A stretch of 33,624 nucleotides of DNA from Chloroflexota bacterium (GTDB lineage Bacteria; Chloroflexota; JAJPGV01), in the NCBI GenBank assembly GCA_036844545.1, contig DAIUFO010000002.1, forward strand, positions 1-33,624, written 5' to 3'. The position numbers were made by a program, and so were the translations under genes. Below, piece after piece: positions 22,185 to 32,500 of this stretch; the stretch's first letter is position 1; the number at the start of each line of letters is the position of its first letter. A model generated the notes under the pieces. That model saw only the letters and a list, made by a program, of their open reading frames with translations. It made no database searches and was not told the origin of the DNA.

Positions 22185-24658
22185 TCGCGTTTTGCTGCGA
22201 CCGCCTGCGTCGCGACGCGGTCCAAGGCAGCGCCCTCAACGGCATCGACTACCTGGAGGTGCTCGATCTCGACGCGCCCACGCCCGCCGAACGCCAGCGC
22301 AGCCTGTTCGTGCACTTCATCAATGCGCCCGCTCCAGCCCTCACGCCCGGTAACGTCATCATCTCCGGGGGCGAGCGCGTGCGTGATATCCACGTCACCA
22401 GCGCCGCCGTAGACGGGACAGATTCGCACATCCTGGTGGTGAAAGTCGACCAGCCAGGCGACTTCTCCGTCTACACGCTCAACCTGGTGCAGGATGCGCT
22501 GCATCCACAGCCGCCAGCCGGCATCGACCCCGTGCTCTCAACGGTCGACTTCACCTTCAAGGCCGAGTGCCCAACGGATTTCGACTGCAAGCCGCTCACC
22601 TGGTGCCCGCCCGAACTGGAGCCGGCACCGGACATCGACTACCTGGCGAAGGACTATGCCAGCTTCCGGCGGCTGATGCTGGACCGCATGGCGGTCCTCG
22701 CGCCGCAGTGGCAGGAGCGCAACCCGGCCGATCTGGGTATCACCCTGGTGGAGCTGCTCGCGTTTGCAGGCGACTACCTCAGCTATCAGCAGGACGCCAT
22801 TGGGACCGAGGCCTACCTGGGCACGGCCCGCCGCCGCGTCTCAGTGCGCCGCCATGCCCGCCTGGTGGATTACGTCATGCACGATGGCTGCAACGCGCGA
22901 GCGTGGGTACAGCTGCAGGTGAGCGACGACGTCACCAAACCGCTGCCCGCCTCGCCGCCGCCGCTGCCCAAGGGCACGCCGCTGTGTACCGCTCTGCTCG
23001 GCCAGGGCCCGCTGCTTGCCAACCGCGCGCTCCTGGAGAAGGCCGACGTCGTGTTCGAGACGATGGACGACGTCCAGGCGCTGTTCAAGGATCACAATTC
23101 CATGTCCTTCTACACCTGGAGCGATCAGCAGTGCTGCCTGCCGACAGGTACGACCGAGGCGACGCTCAAGGGCCATCTCCCCCACCTGCAGCCAGGCGAC
23201 GTCCTCATCTTCGAGGAGGTGCTCGGCCCGCTTACGGGTGATGCCCCGGACGCCGACGCCAGCCACCGCTGCGCCGTGCGCCTCACGCTGGTGCAGGCCT
23301 TCGACGCCGCGAGCAATCCCCTCACCGATCTGTTGACTGGCCAGCCCGTTACCAGGATCGAATGGGGCGCTGAGGATGCGCTGCCCTTTCCGCTGTGTGT
23401 ATCCGCCCGCACCGACGCCCGCCATGGCGAGCGCTACGTGGAGGACGTGAGCGTCGCGCGCGGCAATGTCGTGCTGGTCGACCACGGTTTTACGCTCACG
23501 CCCGAGGACCTCGGCCTGGTGCCCGAGTCCCGCCTGTTCTTGCCGCCTAACGGTAGCGCCTGTAACCGCCAGGACCCTGTCGCGGTGCCGCGGCGCTTCC
23601 GCCCGGCCCTGAAGAGCGCCCCCGCCACCCAAGTCGCGCCGCTTGCTATGACTGTCCCGGCGTCTCGCGCCCTAATTTCGGACCCTCATGCTGCCCTGCC
23701 GGCCATTACTCTGGCGAGCCAGCTCAACGCCGACACCGTTCGTTGGGGGCCGCGGCTCGACCTGCTGAACAGCGGGCCCGACGACCCCGATTTCGTGGCG
23801 GAGGTAGAGGTCGATGGCACGGCCTACCTGCGCTTCGGCGACGACCAGCACGGCCGCCGGCCAGAGCCGGGCACAAAGTTCAGCGCCACCTATCGGGCTG
23901 GCAGCGGCGTGGCCGGCAACGTCGGCCGCGAGGCAATCAAGCACATCTTCCTCAACGAGCAGGCAATCATTGGAGTGCGTAACCCGATGCCCGCCCAGGG
24001 AGGCATCGAGCCCGAGTCGATGGAGGATGTGCGCCAGCGCGCGCCAAGCGCCTTCCGCACGCAGGAGCGCGCCGTCACCGAGGCCGACTACGCCGACGTC
24101 GCCCAGCGACGAGCCGGCATTCAGCGTGCCGCCGCTACTTTCCGCTGGACCGGCAGCTGGCACACGGTGTTCCTGACCATCGACCGCTTCGGCGGCCTCA
24201 CCGTGGACGATGCGTTCAAACAGGATGTGCGCGGCTTCGTCGAAGGCTACCGCATGGCCGGGTACGACCTGGAGGTAGACGCCCCGCGATTTGTCTCGCT
24301 CCGCATAGAGATGCAGGTTTGCGTCAAGCCGGACTACTTCCGTGGCGACGTGAAGGCCAGTCTGCTGGAAGTGTTCAGCAATCGCATTCTGGCAGACGGG
24401 CGGCGCGGCGTCTTCCACCCCGATAACTTCACCTTCGGACAGACGGTCTACCTCAGCCCGTTGTACGCCGCCGCCCAGGATGTGGCGGGCATCGATTCCG
24501 TCGACGTCACGGTCTTCGGCCGCATGGGCGTCAGCGACCCGACGCCGCTGCAGCGGGGTGAGCTGCTGCTCAGCCGCCTCGAGATTGCCCGTCTCGACAA
24601 CGACCCCAGCCTGCCGGAGAATGGCGTCTTCACGCTGACGGTAGTGGGCGGCAAGTGA
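22181..24658 (+). CDS. cis11: Baseplate J-like protein (T4 gp6 / P2 gpJ; Cis11)
   Basis: 825 aa. N-terminus FCCDRLRRDAV...NGIDYLEVLD. Core ...TEADYADVAQRRAGIQRAAATFRWTGSWHTVFLTIDRFGG is typical of putative baseplate assembly (Baseplate_J) proteins. GTGA overlap upstream. Confidence 0.85.
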   Translation: MIAFCCDRLRRDAVQGSALNGIDYLEVLDLDAPTPAERQRSLFVHFINAPAPALTPGNVIISGGERVRDIHVTSAAVDGTDSHILVVKVDQPGDFSVYTLNLVQDALHPQPPAGIDPVLSTVDFTFKAECPTDFDCKPLTWCPPELEPAPDIDYLAKDYASFRRLMLDRMAVLAPQWQERNPADLGITLVELLAFAGDYLSYQQDAIGTEAYLGTARRRVSVRRHARLVDYVMHDGCNARAWVQLQVSDDVTKPLPASPPPLPKGTPLCTALLGQGPLLANRALLEKADVVFETMDDVQALFKDHNSMSFYTWSDQQCCLPTGTTEATLKGHLPHLQPGDVLIFEEVLGPLTGDAPDADASHRCAVRLTLVQAFDAASNPLTDLLTGQPVTRIEWGAEDALPFPLCVSARTDARHGERYVEDVSVARGNVVLVDHGFTLTPEDLGLVPESRLFLPPNGSACNRQDPVAVPRRFRPALKSAPATQVAPLAMTVPASRALISDPHAALPAITLASQLNADTVRWGPRLDLLNSGPDDPDFVAEVEVDGTAYLRFGDDQHGRRPEPGTKFSATYRAGSGVAGNVGREAIKHIFLNEQAIIGVRNPMPAQGGIEPESMEDVRQRAPSAFRTQERAVTEADYADVAQRRAGIQRAAATFRWTGSWHTVFLTIDRFGGLTVDDAFKQDVRGFVEGYRMAGYDLEVDAPRFVSLRIEMQVCVKPDYFRGDVKASLLEVFSNRILADGRRGVFHPDNFTFGQTVYLSPLYAAAQDVAGIDSVDVTVFGRMGVSDPTPLQRGELLLSRLEIARLDNDPSLPENGVFTLTVVGGK

Positions 24659-27423
24659 CGAACACCAGAACGCCCTGCCCGGCCGGCATGTGCACCTGCG
24701 GCTGCTGCCTGGGCCTCACCGCCGTTACGCCGCTGCAGATCTACAACCGGCCAGGGCGCTCGGCCATCGCCTACCGGGCTGGCACCCAGCCGCTGTTCAA
24801 GCGCAGCATGCTGGCGGCCCTGTCCTCCTCGGACCACCCCGCGCTGGCCGCCCTCGGAAGCCGCGCCGACGACGACTTCTCGATTGCCCTGCTGGACGCC
24901 TGGGCCACAGTCGCCGACGTGCTCACGTTCTATCAGGAGCGCATCGCTAACGAATCCTACCTGCAGACGGCCACCGAGCGCCTCTCTTTGCTGGAGATGG
25001 GACGCCTCATCGGTTACGAGCTGCGGCCTGGCGTGGCGGCCAGCACCCACATCGCCTTCACGCTGGACTCCGGACCTGGCTCGCCAATGCAGACCACGAT
25101 AGACCCCGGCGTCAAGGTTCAGAGCATCCCCGGCCCCAACGAGAAGCCCCAAACGTTCGAGACCGTGGCCGGCATCCAGGCGCGCGTGGAGTGGAATGCG
25201 CTGACGCCGCGCCTGACCCGGCCTCAGGCCATCGATCGGACGACCCGCCAGCTTTACCTTGCGGGCACCGACACGCAGCTGCAGGTTGGCGACGGGATTC
25301 TGGTCGTTGGTCAAGAGCGGGAGGACGACCCGGGCAGCGAACAGTGGGACTTCCGCGTGCTGGAGAGCGTCCAGCGCGACTCCGATTCCGGCCACACCCT
25401 CATTGCCTGGAGCGAGCCACTCGGCGCCGCCGCGCCTCACGTCGTCAATCCGGCCAACCTGAGCCCCAGGCTCTTCGCGCTGCGCCAGCGGGCCGCGCTC
25501 TTCGGCCACAACGCGCCCGATCCCCTCATCCTCCACCTGGACGCGACCAGCCCGCTGCTGGACCACGGCCAGTGGAAAAACTTTGTGCTCGATGCGACCA
25601 AGATCGACCTTGACGCTGTCTATACCAAAGTCCTCGCCGGGAGCTGGGCCGTGCTCGTGAGCCCGACCCGCCGCGAGCTGTGCCGGGTGTCGCAGGTAAC
25701 CAGCCTTTCGGATTCGCGCTTCGCTCTCAGCGGCAAGTTCACCCGCATCGTGCCGGATGTACTCGAGCACGCCTCCTCGTTTGGCCTGCGGAGTACCACC
25801 GTCTTTGCCCAGAGCGAACAGTTGGAGCTGGTGGAGCGACCTGTAGCCGAGCCGGTCTACGGCAGCCACATTGCGCTCGGGCAGCTCGCGCCCGAGCTTG
25901 CGCCAGCTCAGACGCTGGCGTTGAGCGGCAAACGTCAGCGCCTTCGGCTCACCTTAAAGGCCAGGAACCTGTCCCTCACCTCGGGCAGTGGCGCCACTGC
26001 CCCCGTCCTCGCCGGCGATTCCCTGGAGATTCTGGCGCCACCCACGATTCCCGCCGGCGGCGCCGCGACAACGGCCATCTCACCCGACGACCTGGTGGCG
26101 GCGCTGGGCGGCAGCGTGCCCCAGACGATCGTTTGGCAACTTCGGGACAAGAACGGCTTCACCGGCAGCCTCACCGCCGGCTCCGACCAAGTGGCTCTGG
26201 CGAAAGCCGAAAAAGACGATGACGTCGTCAGCGAGCTTGCCTTTATCGACGGCGCCGCCGACGCCGTCTCACAGGACGGCAGCCAGACTGCCATCCAGCT
26301 GCGCGACGTGCTCGCCAATTGCTACGACCGCGAGACGGTGCGCATCAACGCCAACGTAGCGTCCGCCACCCATGGCGAAACGGTGCCCCAGGAAGTGCTC
26401 GGTGCCGGCGACGCAAGCCAGACCTACCAGCGTTTCACGCTCAAGCAGCCGCCCCTCACGTACGTCAGCGCCTCCACCGCCAGCGGCGCCCGATCTACTC
26501 TGGAAGTCCGCGTGAACGACCTGCTTTGGCAGGAGGCGCCCAGCCTTTACAGCCAAGGGCCGCGGGATCGTGTCTACGTCACGCACACCTCTGACGACGG
26601 CAAGACCACGGTGGAGTTTGGCGATGGCAGCAACGGCGCCCGGCTGCCCAGCGGCGCGGACAACGTAAGGGCGAAGTATCGAAGGGGCATCGGCCTCGAA
26701 GGCGTCGTCAAGGCTGGGCAGCTCAGCCAGCTCATGACACGGCCTCTCGGTGTCAAGGACGCCATCAACCCCGAAGCCGCCACCGGCGCCGCTAACCCGG
26801 AATCGCCCGCCGACGCCCGCCGCAACGAGCCGCTCACCGTGCTCACACTGGATCGCGCCGTATCTCTGCTGGACTACGAGGACTTCGCCCGCGCCTTCGG
26901 CGGCGTCGCCAAGGCGCGGGCGAGCTGGAGTTGGGACGGCCTGGAGCGGCGCGTGTTCGTCGTTGTCGCCGGGCCCGGCGGGGCCGCCATCCCGCAGGAC
27001 AGCGACACGTTCATGAACCTGGTCGCTGCCCTGGCGTCCGCCGGCGACCCATTCGTCAGCTTCAGCGTCAAGTCGTACCGCGCGGTCACGTTCAGGCTCG
27101 TCGCGAACGTCAAGGTGGACGAGCCCACCTACGTGCGCACAAACGTTATGGCCGCGGTTGAGGCCGCACTGCGCGAGCGCTTCTCTTTCGAAGCGCGCTC
27201 CTTCGGCCAGCCCGTCGTGCTCAGCGACGTCATCGCTGCCATGCAGGACGTAGCCGGCGTGGTGGCCGTGGACGTCAACAAGCTCTACCGCGGCGACGCC
27301 GCGCCGGCTCTGAACACTCGCCTGACCGCTGCGAAGACGGCGCCGGACGCGGCCGGAGCGCTCCAGGCCGCCGAGCTCCTGACGCTCGACCCGGCGCCGC
27401 TGGGGCTGGGGGTGATGACATGA
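24655..27423 (+). CDS. cis12: Second large baseplate assembly protein (gp7-like; Cis12)
   Basis: 922 aa. N-terminal Cys cluster CPAGMCTCGCCLG, then IYNRPGRSAIAYRAGTQPLFKRSMLAAL. Also ATHGETVPQEVLGAGDASQTYQRFTLKQPPLTYVSA...LEVRVNDLLWQE. This is the common paralogue that follows Baseplate_J in eCIS loci. GTGA overlap upstream. Confidence 0.8.
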   Translation: MTNTRTPCPAGMCTCGCCLGLTAVTPLQIYNRPGRSAIAYRAGTQPLFKRSMLAALSSSDHPALAALGSRADDDFSIALLDAWATVADVLTFYQERIANESYLQTATERLSLLEMGRLIGYELRPGVAASTHIAFTLDSGPGSPMQTTIDPGVKVQSIPGPNEKPQTFETVAGIQARVEWNALTPRLTRPQAIDRTTRQLYLAGTDTQLQVGDGILVVGQEREDDPGSEQWDFRVLESVQRDSDSGHTLIAWSEPLGAAAPHVVNPANLSPRLFALRQRAALFGHNAPDPLILHLDATSPLLDHGQWKNFVLDATKIDLDAVYTKVLAGSWAVLVSPTRRELCRVSQVTSLSDSRFALSGKFTRIVPDVLEHASSFGLRSTTVFAQSEQLELVERPVAEPVYGSHIALGQLAPELAPAQTLALSGKRQRLRLTLKARNLSLTSGSGATAPVLAGDSLEILAPPTIPAGGAATTAISPDDLVAALGGSVPQTIVWQLRDKNGFTGSLTAGSDQVALAKAEKDDDVVSELAFIDGAADAVSQDGSQTAIQLRDVLANCYDRETVRINANVASATHGETVPQEVLGAGDASQTYQRFTLKQPPLTYVSASTASGARSTLEVRVNDLLWQEAPSLYSQGPRDRVYVTHTSDDGKTTVEFGDGSNGARLPSGADNVRAKYRRGIGLEGVVKAGQLSQLMTRPLGVKDAINPEAATGAANPESPADARRNEPLTVLTLDRAVSLLDYEDFARAFGGVAKARASWSWDGLERRVFVVVAGPGGAAIPQDSDTFMNLVAALASAGDPFVSFSVKSYRAVTFRLVANVKVDEPTYVRTNVMAAVEAALRERFSFEARSFGQPVVLSDVIAAMQDVAGVVAVDVNKLYRGDAAPALNTRLTAAKTAPDAAGALQAAELLTLDPAPLGLGVMT

Positions 27424-29510
27424 GCTTCGACGCCCAGCAGCTGTACGACCTGCTGCCCGAGATCTACCGCGTGCGCGACGACAAGGAAGGCGGCCCGCTG
27501 CGAGAGCTGCTGGCGGTCATTGCGGACCAGGCCGCCGTGCTGGAAGAGAACCTGGATCAGCTCTACGACGACCAGTTCATCGAAACCTGCGCCGAATGGG
27601 TGGCGCCATACATCGGCGGGCTCATCGGCTACCGGTCGCTGCACGGGGTCGTGCCGCGCATCAGCAGCCCTCGGGCGGAGGTCGCCCACACTATCGGCTT
27701 CCGGCGCCGCAAGGGCACCGCCTCGATGATCGAGCAGCTCGCTCGCGACGTTACCGGCTGGAACGCGAATGTGGTCGAGTACTTCCTGCGCCTGGGTACG
27801 ACACAGTACATGAACCACATTCGGCCCAGCCACTTCTACGCGCCCGACCTCCGCCAGTGGGAGCCACTCGAGCGCCTCGGCAGCCCATTTGACGGCCTGG
27901 CGCACACCGTCGATGTGCGCCACATCAAGACCGGCCAGGGCCTGTACAACATCCCCAACATCGGCACCTTTCTGTGGCGCCTCAACGCCTACCCGCTGAC
28001 TCAATCGCCCGCTGTCAAAGTGGACGATAGGCGCTACCTGTTCAGCCCTCTCGGCGACGACGCCCCACTCTTCACCAACCCGCGCATTGAGGCTGAGATC
28101 AGCCATCTGGCCCAGCCCATCGAGGTGCCGGCGCCGATTAGCCGGCGCGTTCTGGACGCCTATCTGGGCGAGTACTACGGCCCCCAAAAGAGCCTCCTGA
28201 TCCACCACGACGGCGCAGCCGCTGTGGCGGACGACGTCCACGCGGCCGATCTCTCGGACGCGGGCGGCAGCCTGTGGGCCCACCGACCGAAGGACAAGAT
28301 TGCCATCGATCCCGTGCTCGGCCGCATCGCCTTTCCCGAGAACCAGGCTCCGCCCGCGGACGTGCTGGTCGATTTCCACTACGGCTTCGCGGGGGACACG
28401 GGCGGCGGCGAGTACGACCGGCTGGCGACCTTCGACGCATTGCTGGAGCCGGTGAATTCGGTGAGCGCGCCGGCGCCCCTCCAGCCCGCGCTCGACGCCG
28501 TGCACAGCGGCGGGGCCGTCGAGATCGCGGGCAGCGGCCGCTACCAGGGGAATCTGTCGATCGGCATCGACGACAACCAGCGCCTGGAGCTTCGAGCCGA
28601 GAACAAGCATCGCCCGACGCTGGTGCTGAATGGCGATTTGGAGATCACCGGTGGCGTGGAGAGCGAGGTGACCCTCAACGGTCTGCTGATTGCCGGCGCC
28701 GCCCTGCGCGTTCCCGCTACGTCCGGCAACCACTTGCGCAAGCTGCGCCTGCTCCATTGCACCCTGGTTCCCGGGCTGAGCCTGACCATCGCGGGCGCAC
28801 CGCGGCACCAAGACCAACCTAGTCTCGTCGTCGAGCCGAAAGATGTCACAGTCGAGATCGATCACTGCATCGTTGGCGGCCTGCGCATCGCCGCAGACGC
28901 GAACGTGGTCGTGACCAACAGCATCGTCGACGCGACGAGCGAAACGGGCGTCGCCTACGCCGCCCTGGACGGTGATTCCGCGGGCGGCATGCTGCAGGCC
29001 ATCGATACCACCCTCATCGGCAAAGTGCACAGCGTGCTGCTGGAGTACGTGTCCAACGCCATCTTCCTGGCTCGCCTGAGGCAAGCAGATAGCTGGCCCC
29101 AGGCGATCCGCTCGGAGCGCAGGCAAACCGGCTGCGTCCGCTTCTCCTTCCTGGACCTGTCAGCGGCGGCGCCCCGCCGTTACCAATGCCAGCCCGAGAC
29201 CGGGATCGCGCAACGCATCGCGGACAAGGAGAGGGTCGGTCCGCCACTCACAGCCACACAGAAGGCGTCGATCCAGTCGGACGTCGTCTCATGGCTGAAG
29301 CCACGCCTCACGTCCACCAGGTACGGCGAGCCAGGTTACGGCCAGTTGCACGTCAACTGCCCGCGGCAAATCCGCGAAGGCGCAGACGACGAGGCTGAGA
29401 TGGGCGCATTTCACGAGCTCTATGAACCGCAGCGGGAGACAAACCTGCGCGTACGCCTGGACGAGTACCTGCGCTTCGGACTCGAAGCGGGCATCTTCTA
29501 CGCGACCTAA
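27420..29510 (+). CDS. P2 gpI-type tail/baseplate protein with a C-terminal beta-helix-like extension
   Basis: LLPEIYRVRDDKEGGPLRELLAVIADQAAVLEENLDQLYDDQFIETCAEWVAPYIGGLIG matches the N-terminal domain of P2 gpI-family tail proteins. The C-terminal half has repetitive V/I-x-N/D-x turns (LVLNGDLEITGG, VTVEIDHCIVGGLRI, VVVTNSIVDA). ATGA overlap upstream. Confidence 0.8.
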   Translation: MSFDAQQLYDLLPEIYRVRDDKEGGPLRELLAVIADQAAVLEENLDQLYDDQFIETCAEWVAPYIGGLIGYRSLHGVVPRISSPRAEVAHTIGFRRRKGTASMIEQLARDVTGWNANVVEYFLRLGTTQYMNHIRPSHFYAPDLRQWEPLERLGSPFDGLAHTVDVRHIKTGQGLYNIPNIGTFLWRLNAYPLTQSPAVKVDDRRYLFSPLGDDAPLFTNPRIEAEISHLAQPIEVPAPISRRVLDAYLGEYYGPQKSLLIHHDGAAAVADDVHAADLSDAGGSLWAHRPKDKIAIDPVLGRIAFPENQAPPADVLVDFHYGFAGDTGGGEYDRLATFDALLEPVNSVSAPAPLQPALDAVHSGGAVEIAGSGRYQGNLSIGIDDNQRLELRAENKHRPTLVLNGDLEITGGVESEVTLNGLLIAGAALRVPATSGNHLRKLRLLHCTLVPGLSLTIAGAPRHQDQPSLVVEPKDVTVEIDHCIVGGLRIAADANVVVTNSIVDATSETGVAYAALDGDSAGGMLQAIDTTLIGKVHSVLLEYVSNAIFLARLRQADSWPQAIRSERRQTGCVRFSFLDLSAAAPRRYQCQPETGIAQRIADKERVGPPLTATQKASIQSDVVSWLKPRLTSTRYGEPGYGQLHVNCPRQIREGADDEAEMGAFHELYEPQRETNLRVRLDEYLRFGLEAGIFYAT

Positions 29511-29527
29511 GTGAAGGGGAAACAGGC

Positions 29528-32500
29528 ATGAGCGGCGACTACAGCAGGCAGAGGTTCGGCCCTTTCAAGGATTACAGCGAAGTCCTTATGCAGCAAGGCC
29601 GCGTCCAGCTCGACGCGGACTGGAACGAGCTGGTCGACATCGTCGACCGGCGCATGCGGGCCGAAACCGTCGACACCATCGGCTTGGCCACCGTGCCAAA
29701 GCAAACCCCGGACGGTTTCAGGATCGAGATCACCGGCGGGGGGGCTGCGATCGGCCCCGGCCGTATCTACGTCGACGGCCTGCTTGCGGAAAACCACGGC
29801 AAGCCGCGGAATGCCGACCCACGGTTGGACTTCGACTCGGTGCTGGCCGAGCTGCGCGGCAGCGATCCCATGCCCTACGCGGAGCAGCCCTATTTCCCGA
29901 ACGTCAGCAACGTCGCACCTTTTCCGACGGACGGCGGTCCCCACCTCGTCTACCTGGACGTGTGGCGTCGAGAGGTCACCTACCTGGAGGATCCGGACCT
30001 GGTTGAGAAGGCCGTTGGCGTTGACAGCACCACACGCAGCCAGACGGTCTGGCAAGTGCGCGTTCTGCAGGACGTAGGCGCCGGCGCCACCTGCGCAACA
30101 CCCGACGGCGACGTGAAAGGCTGGCTGGACCTCGTCAGCTCTTCCGCCGGCCGCCTCACGACCGCCGCCGTCGGCGTTCCACAGGATGACGACCCCTGTC
30201 TCACGCCGCCCAGCGGCGGCTTCAGGGGCCTCGAGAATCGCCTCTACCGCGTCGAGATCCACGATAAAGGCGCACAAGGCACGGCAACCTTCAAGTGGTC
30301 GCGCGATGATGCCTCGGTGGCGACCGCGGTCACCGCTATCCCGGACCTGCACAATCTGGTCGTCGCCCGTGTGGGTCGCGACGCCGTGCTGCGCTTCAGC
30401 GCAGGGGATTGGATCGAGATCACCGACGATTGGCGCGAGCTGGCCGGCGAGCCAGGTGTGATGGCGCACGTCCAGGACGTGAACGACGCCACCCGTACCC
30501 TCACCCTGACGGACAGCCTGCCAGCCGGAGTGTTCGCCGTGAACGCCCAGGGCGAAACCGATTCAAGCCGCCACACGCGCATCCGCCGGTGGGATCAGAA
30601 GGGCCAGGTGAGCGACACCGCCAACCACGTCCTCATCGACCTCGACGCCGCGGGCAGCCCGGGGGTTATCCCGGTGCCCCCGGACGGCGCCTCGATCGTC
30701 CTGGAAGACGGTGTCCAGATCACGTTCAGCACCACGCCCGCGGGCGGCGACTATCACACCGCCGACTACTGGACCTTCGCGGCGCGAACGGCGGACGCAT
30801 CGGTCGAAGAGCTCCAGCAGGCGCCGCCGCGTGGCATTCACCACCACTGCTGCCGCCTGGCCATGGTCACCCTGCCCAACGACGTGACCGACTGCCGCAC
30901 CCTGTGGCCGCCCGACTTCGGTGAGGCCGGCTGCGACTGCACGGTTTGCCTCACACCGGAAGGCGGCGCCCAGGCCATCCAGCGGGCAATCGACCAGCTC
31001 AAAGCCACGGGCGCAACCATTTGTCTCGGTCCCGGACTCTACAACCTGGGTCGCCAGCCGCTGCACATTTCCGCGGCGCAGGCGCTGCGCATCAAGGGGC
31101 ACGGCTGGAAGACGCAGCTCGTCTACCTCGGCGCCGGGCCAGCCATTCTGGTGGAAAACTCCATCGATGTGACGCTCGAAGAGATGGACATCCTCACCTC
31201 CGGCAGGGCCATCAGCAGTGGACTGGCTGTGGCGGCGCGCAACTGCGCCCGCCTTACGGTGCAACGCTGCGTGTTGCTCCAGATTGGCGCCGGCGATACC
31301 GCTCTTCCGGCGGTTGGGCTGGCCGGAGTGATGGCCGATGTTTCCATCCGCGAGAACGTCATCCTGGCCGCCATCGGCATCGGCAATATCGCCATCCCCG
31401 GGCCGAACACCACGACAGGCGCGGCGGCGGCCGGCTCGAATGCCCTGCTGACCCTGGGGCTCGTGATCCGGGAGAACTTCCTCATCTGCCGCGAGCGCGG
31501 TGTCAGCTTGCAGGGCACCGTCGTCCATATGGGGCAGACGCGGATCGCTGCCAACTTCGTCAGTGACTGCGCCGAGGCGGGCATCGCCGCTCTTGGCATC
31601 ACGACGGCCGGCGCGGGAGTCGAGATCGCGAATAACCACGTGCAGGCGCGCGGCAGCGGCATTGTCGCCGGCAGCGATGGTGCATGCATAACCGCGAACG
31701 CCGTCACCGCTCCCGTGCAATCGCCCGCCAACGCCGCGGCTCCCGTCCAACCGACCGGCGACGGCATCGTCCTCACCATGGTCAAGGGTGGGACCGTCGA
31801 CCGCTGCCAGGTGCTCAACAACCGCGTCACGGGCGTTGGCGGCAATGGCATCGCGGTGCAGGCTAGCCTGGGCTCGGCCATGATCAAGCACAACATCCTC
31901 GAAAACGTGGGTGGGGGCATTGTCATGGCAGACGAGGCCAGCGCCAATGTGCTGGACGTCGAAGACAACCAGCTGCTGAACGTCGCAGCCGTCATCGATC
32001 GGAGCCAGGACCTGGCGGGCATTCGGGTGGTGCGGGCAGCTCATGCAGCCGTCGCCAACAACAGCCTGGTCGGCCTCGGCGCCTCGGCCGTAGACAACCC
32101 CAGCTGCGTGGGCATCCAGGTAATCGGCCCTTCGACATCCTGTCGTATCTCCGGCAATGACGTGGTGGATGTCGGGCCCCCCGGCGACGTAATCGGAGAT
32201 AAGGTCGGGGTTGAATACTTGGGGCCGTTCGACCGCTTGGACCTTGCCGGGAATCGGGTGCGGCGCAGCGAGAATTCTCCTCCAGACAGCATTGGGTCCC
32301 CCTGGCGGGCCGTGCGCATCACCGCCGCCCCCGCCGCTGGCGGCAGCGCCACGGCGTCCGGCGGCGCCACGGCCGCCGGTCGCAGCCTCGTCGCTGGCCA
32401 GAACGTGCGCTTCGTCACAGCCGGCAGCTTGACCTTCGGCGTATTCGGCAGCAAGATCGCGCGGCTGCCCAGCGGACCCGGCAACCTTACTGTTCAAGGG

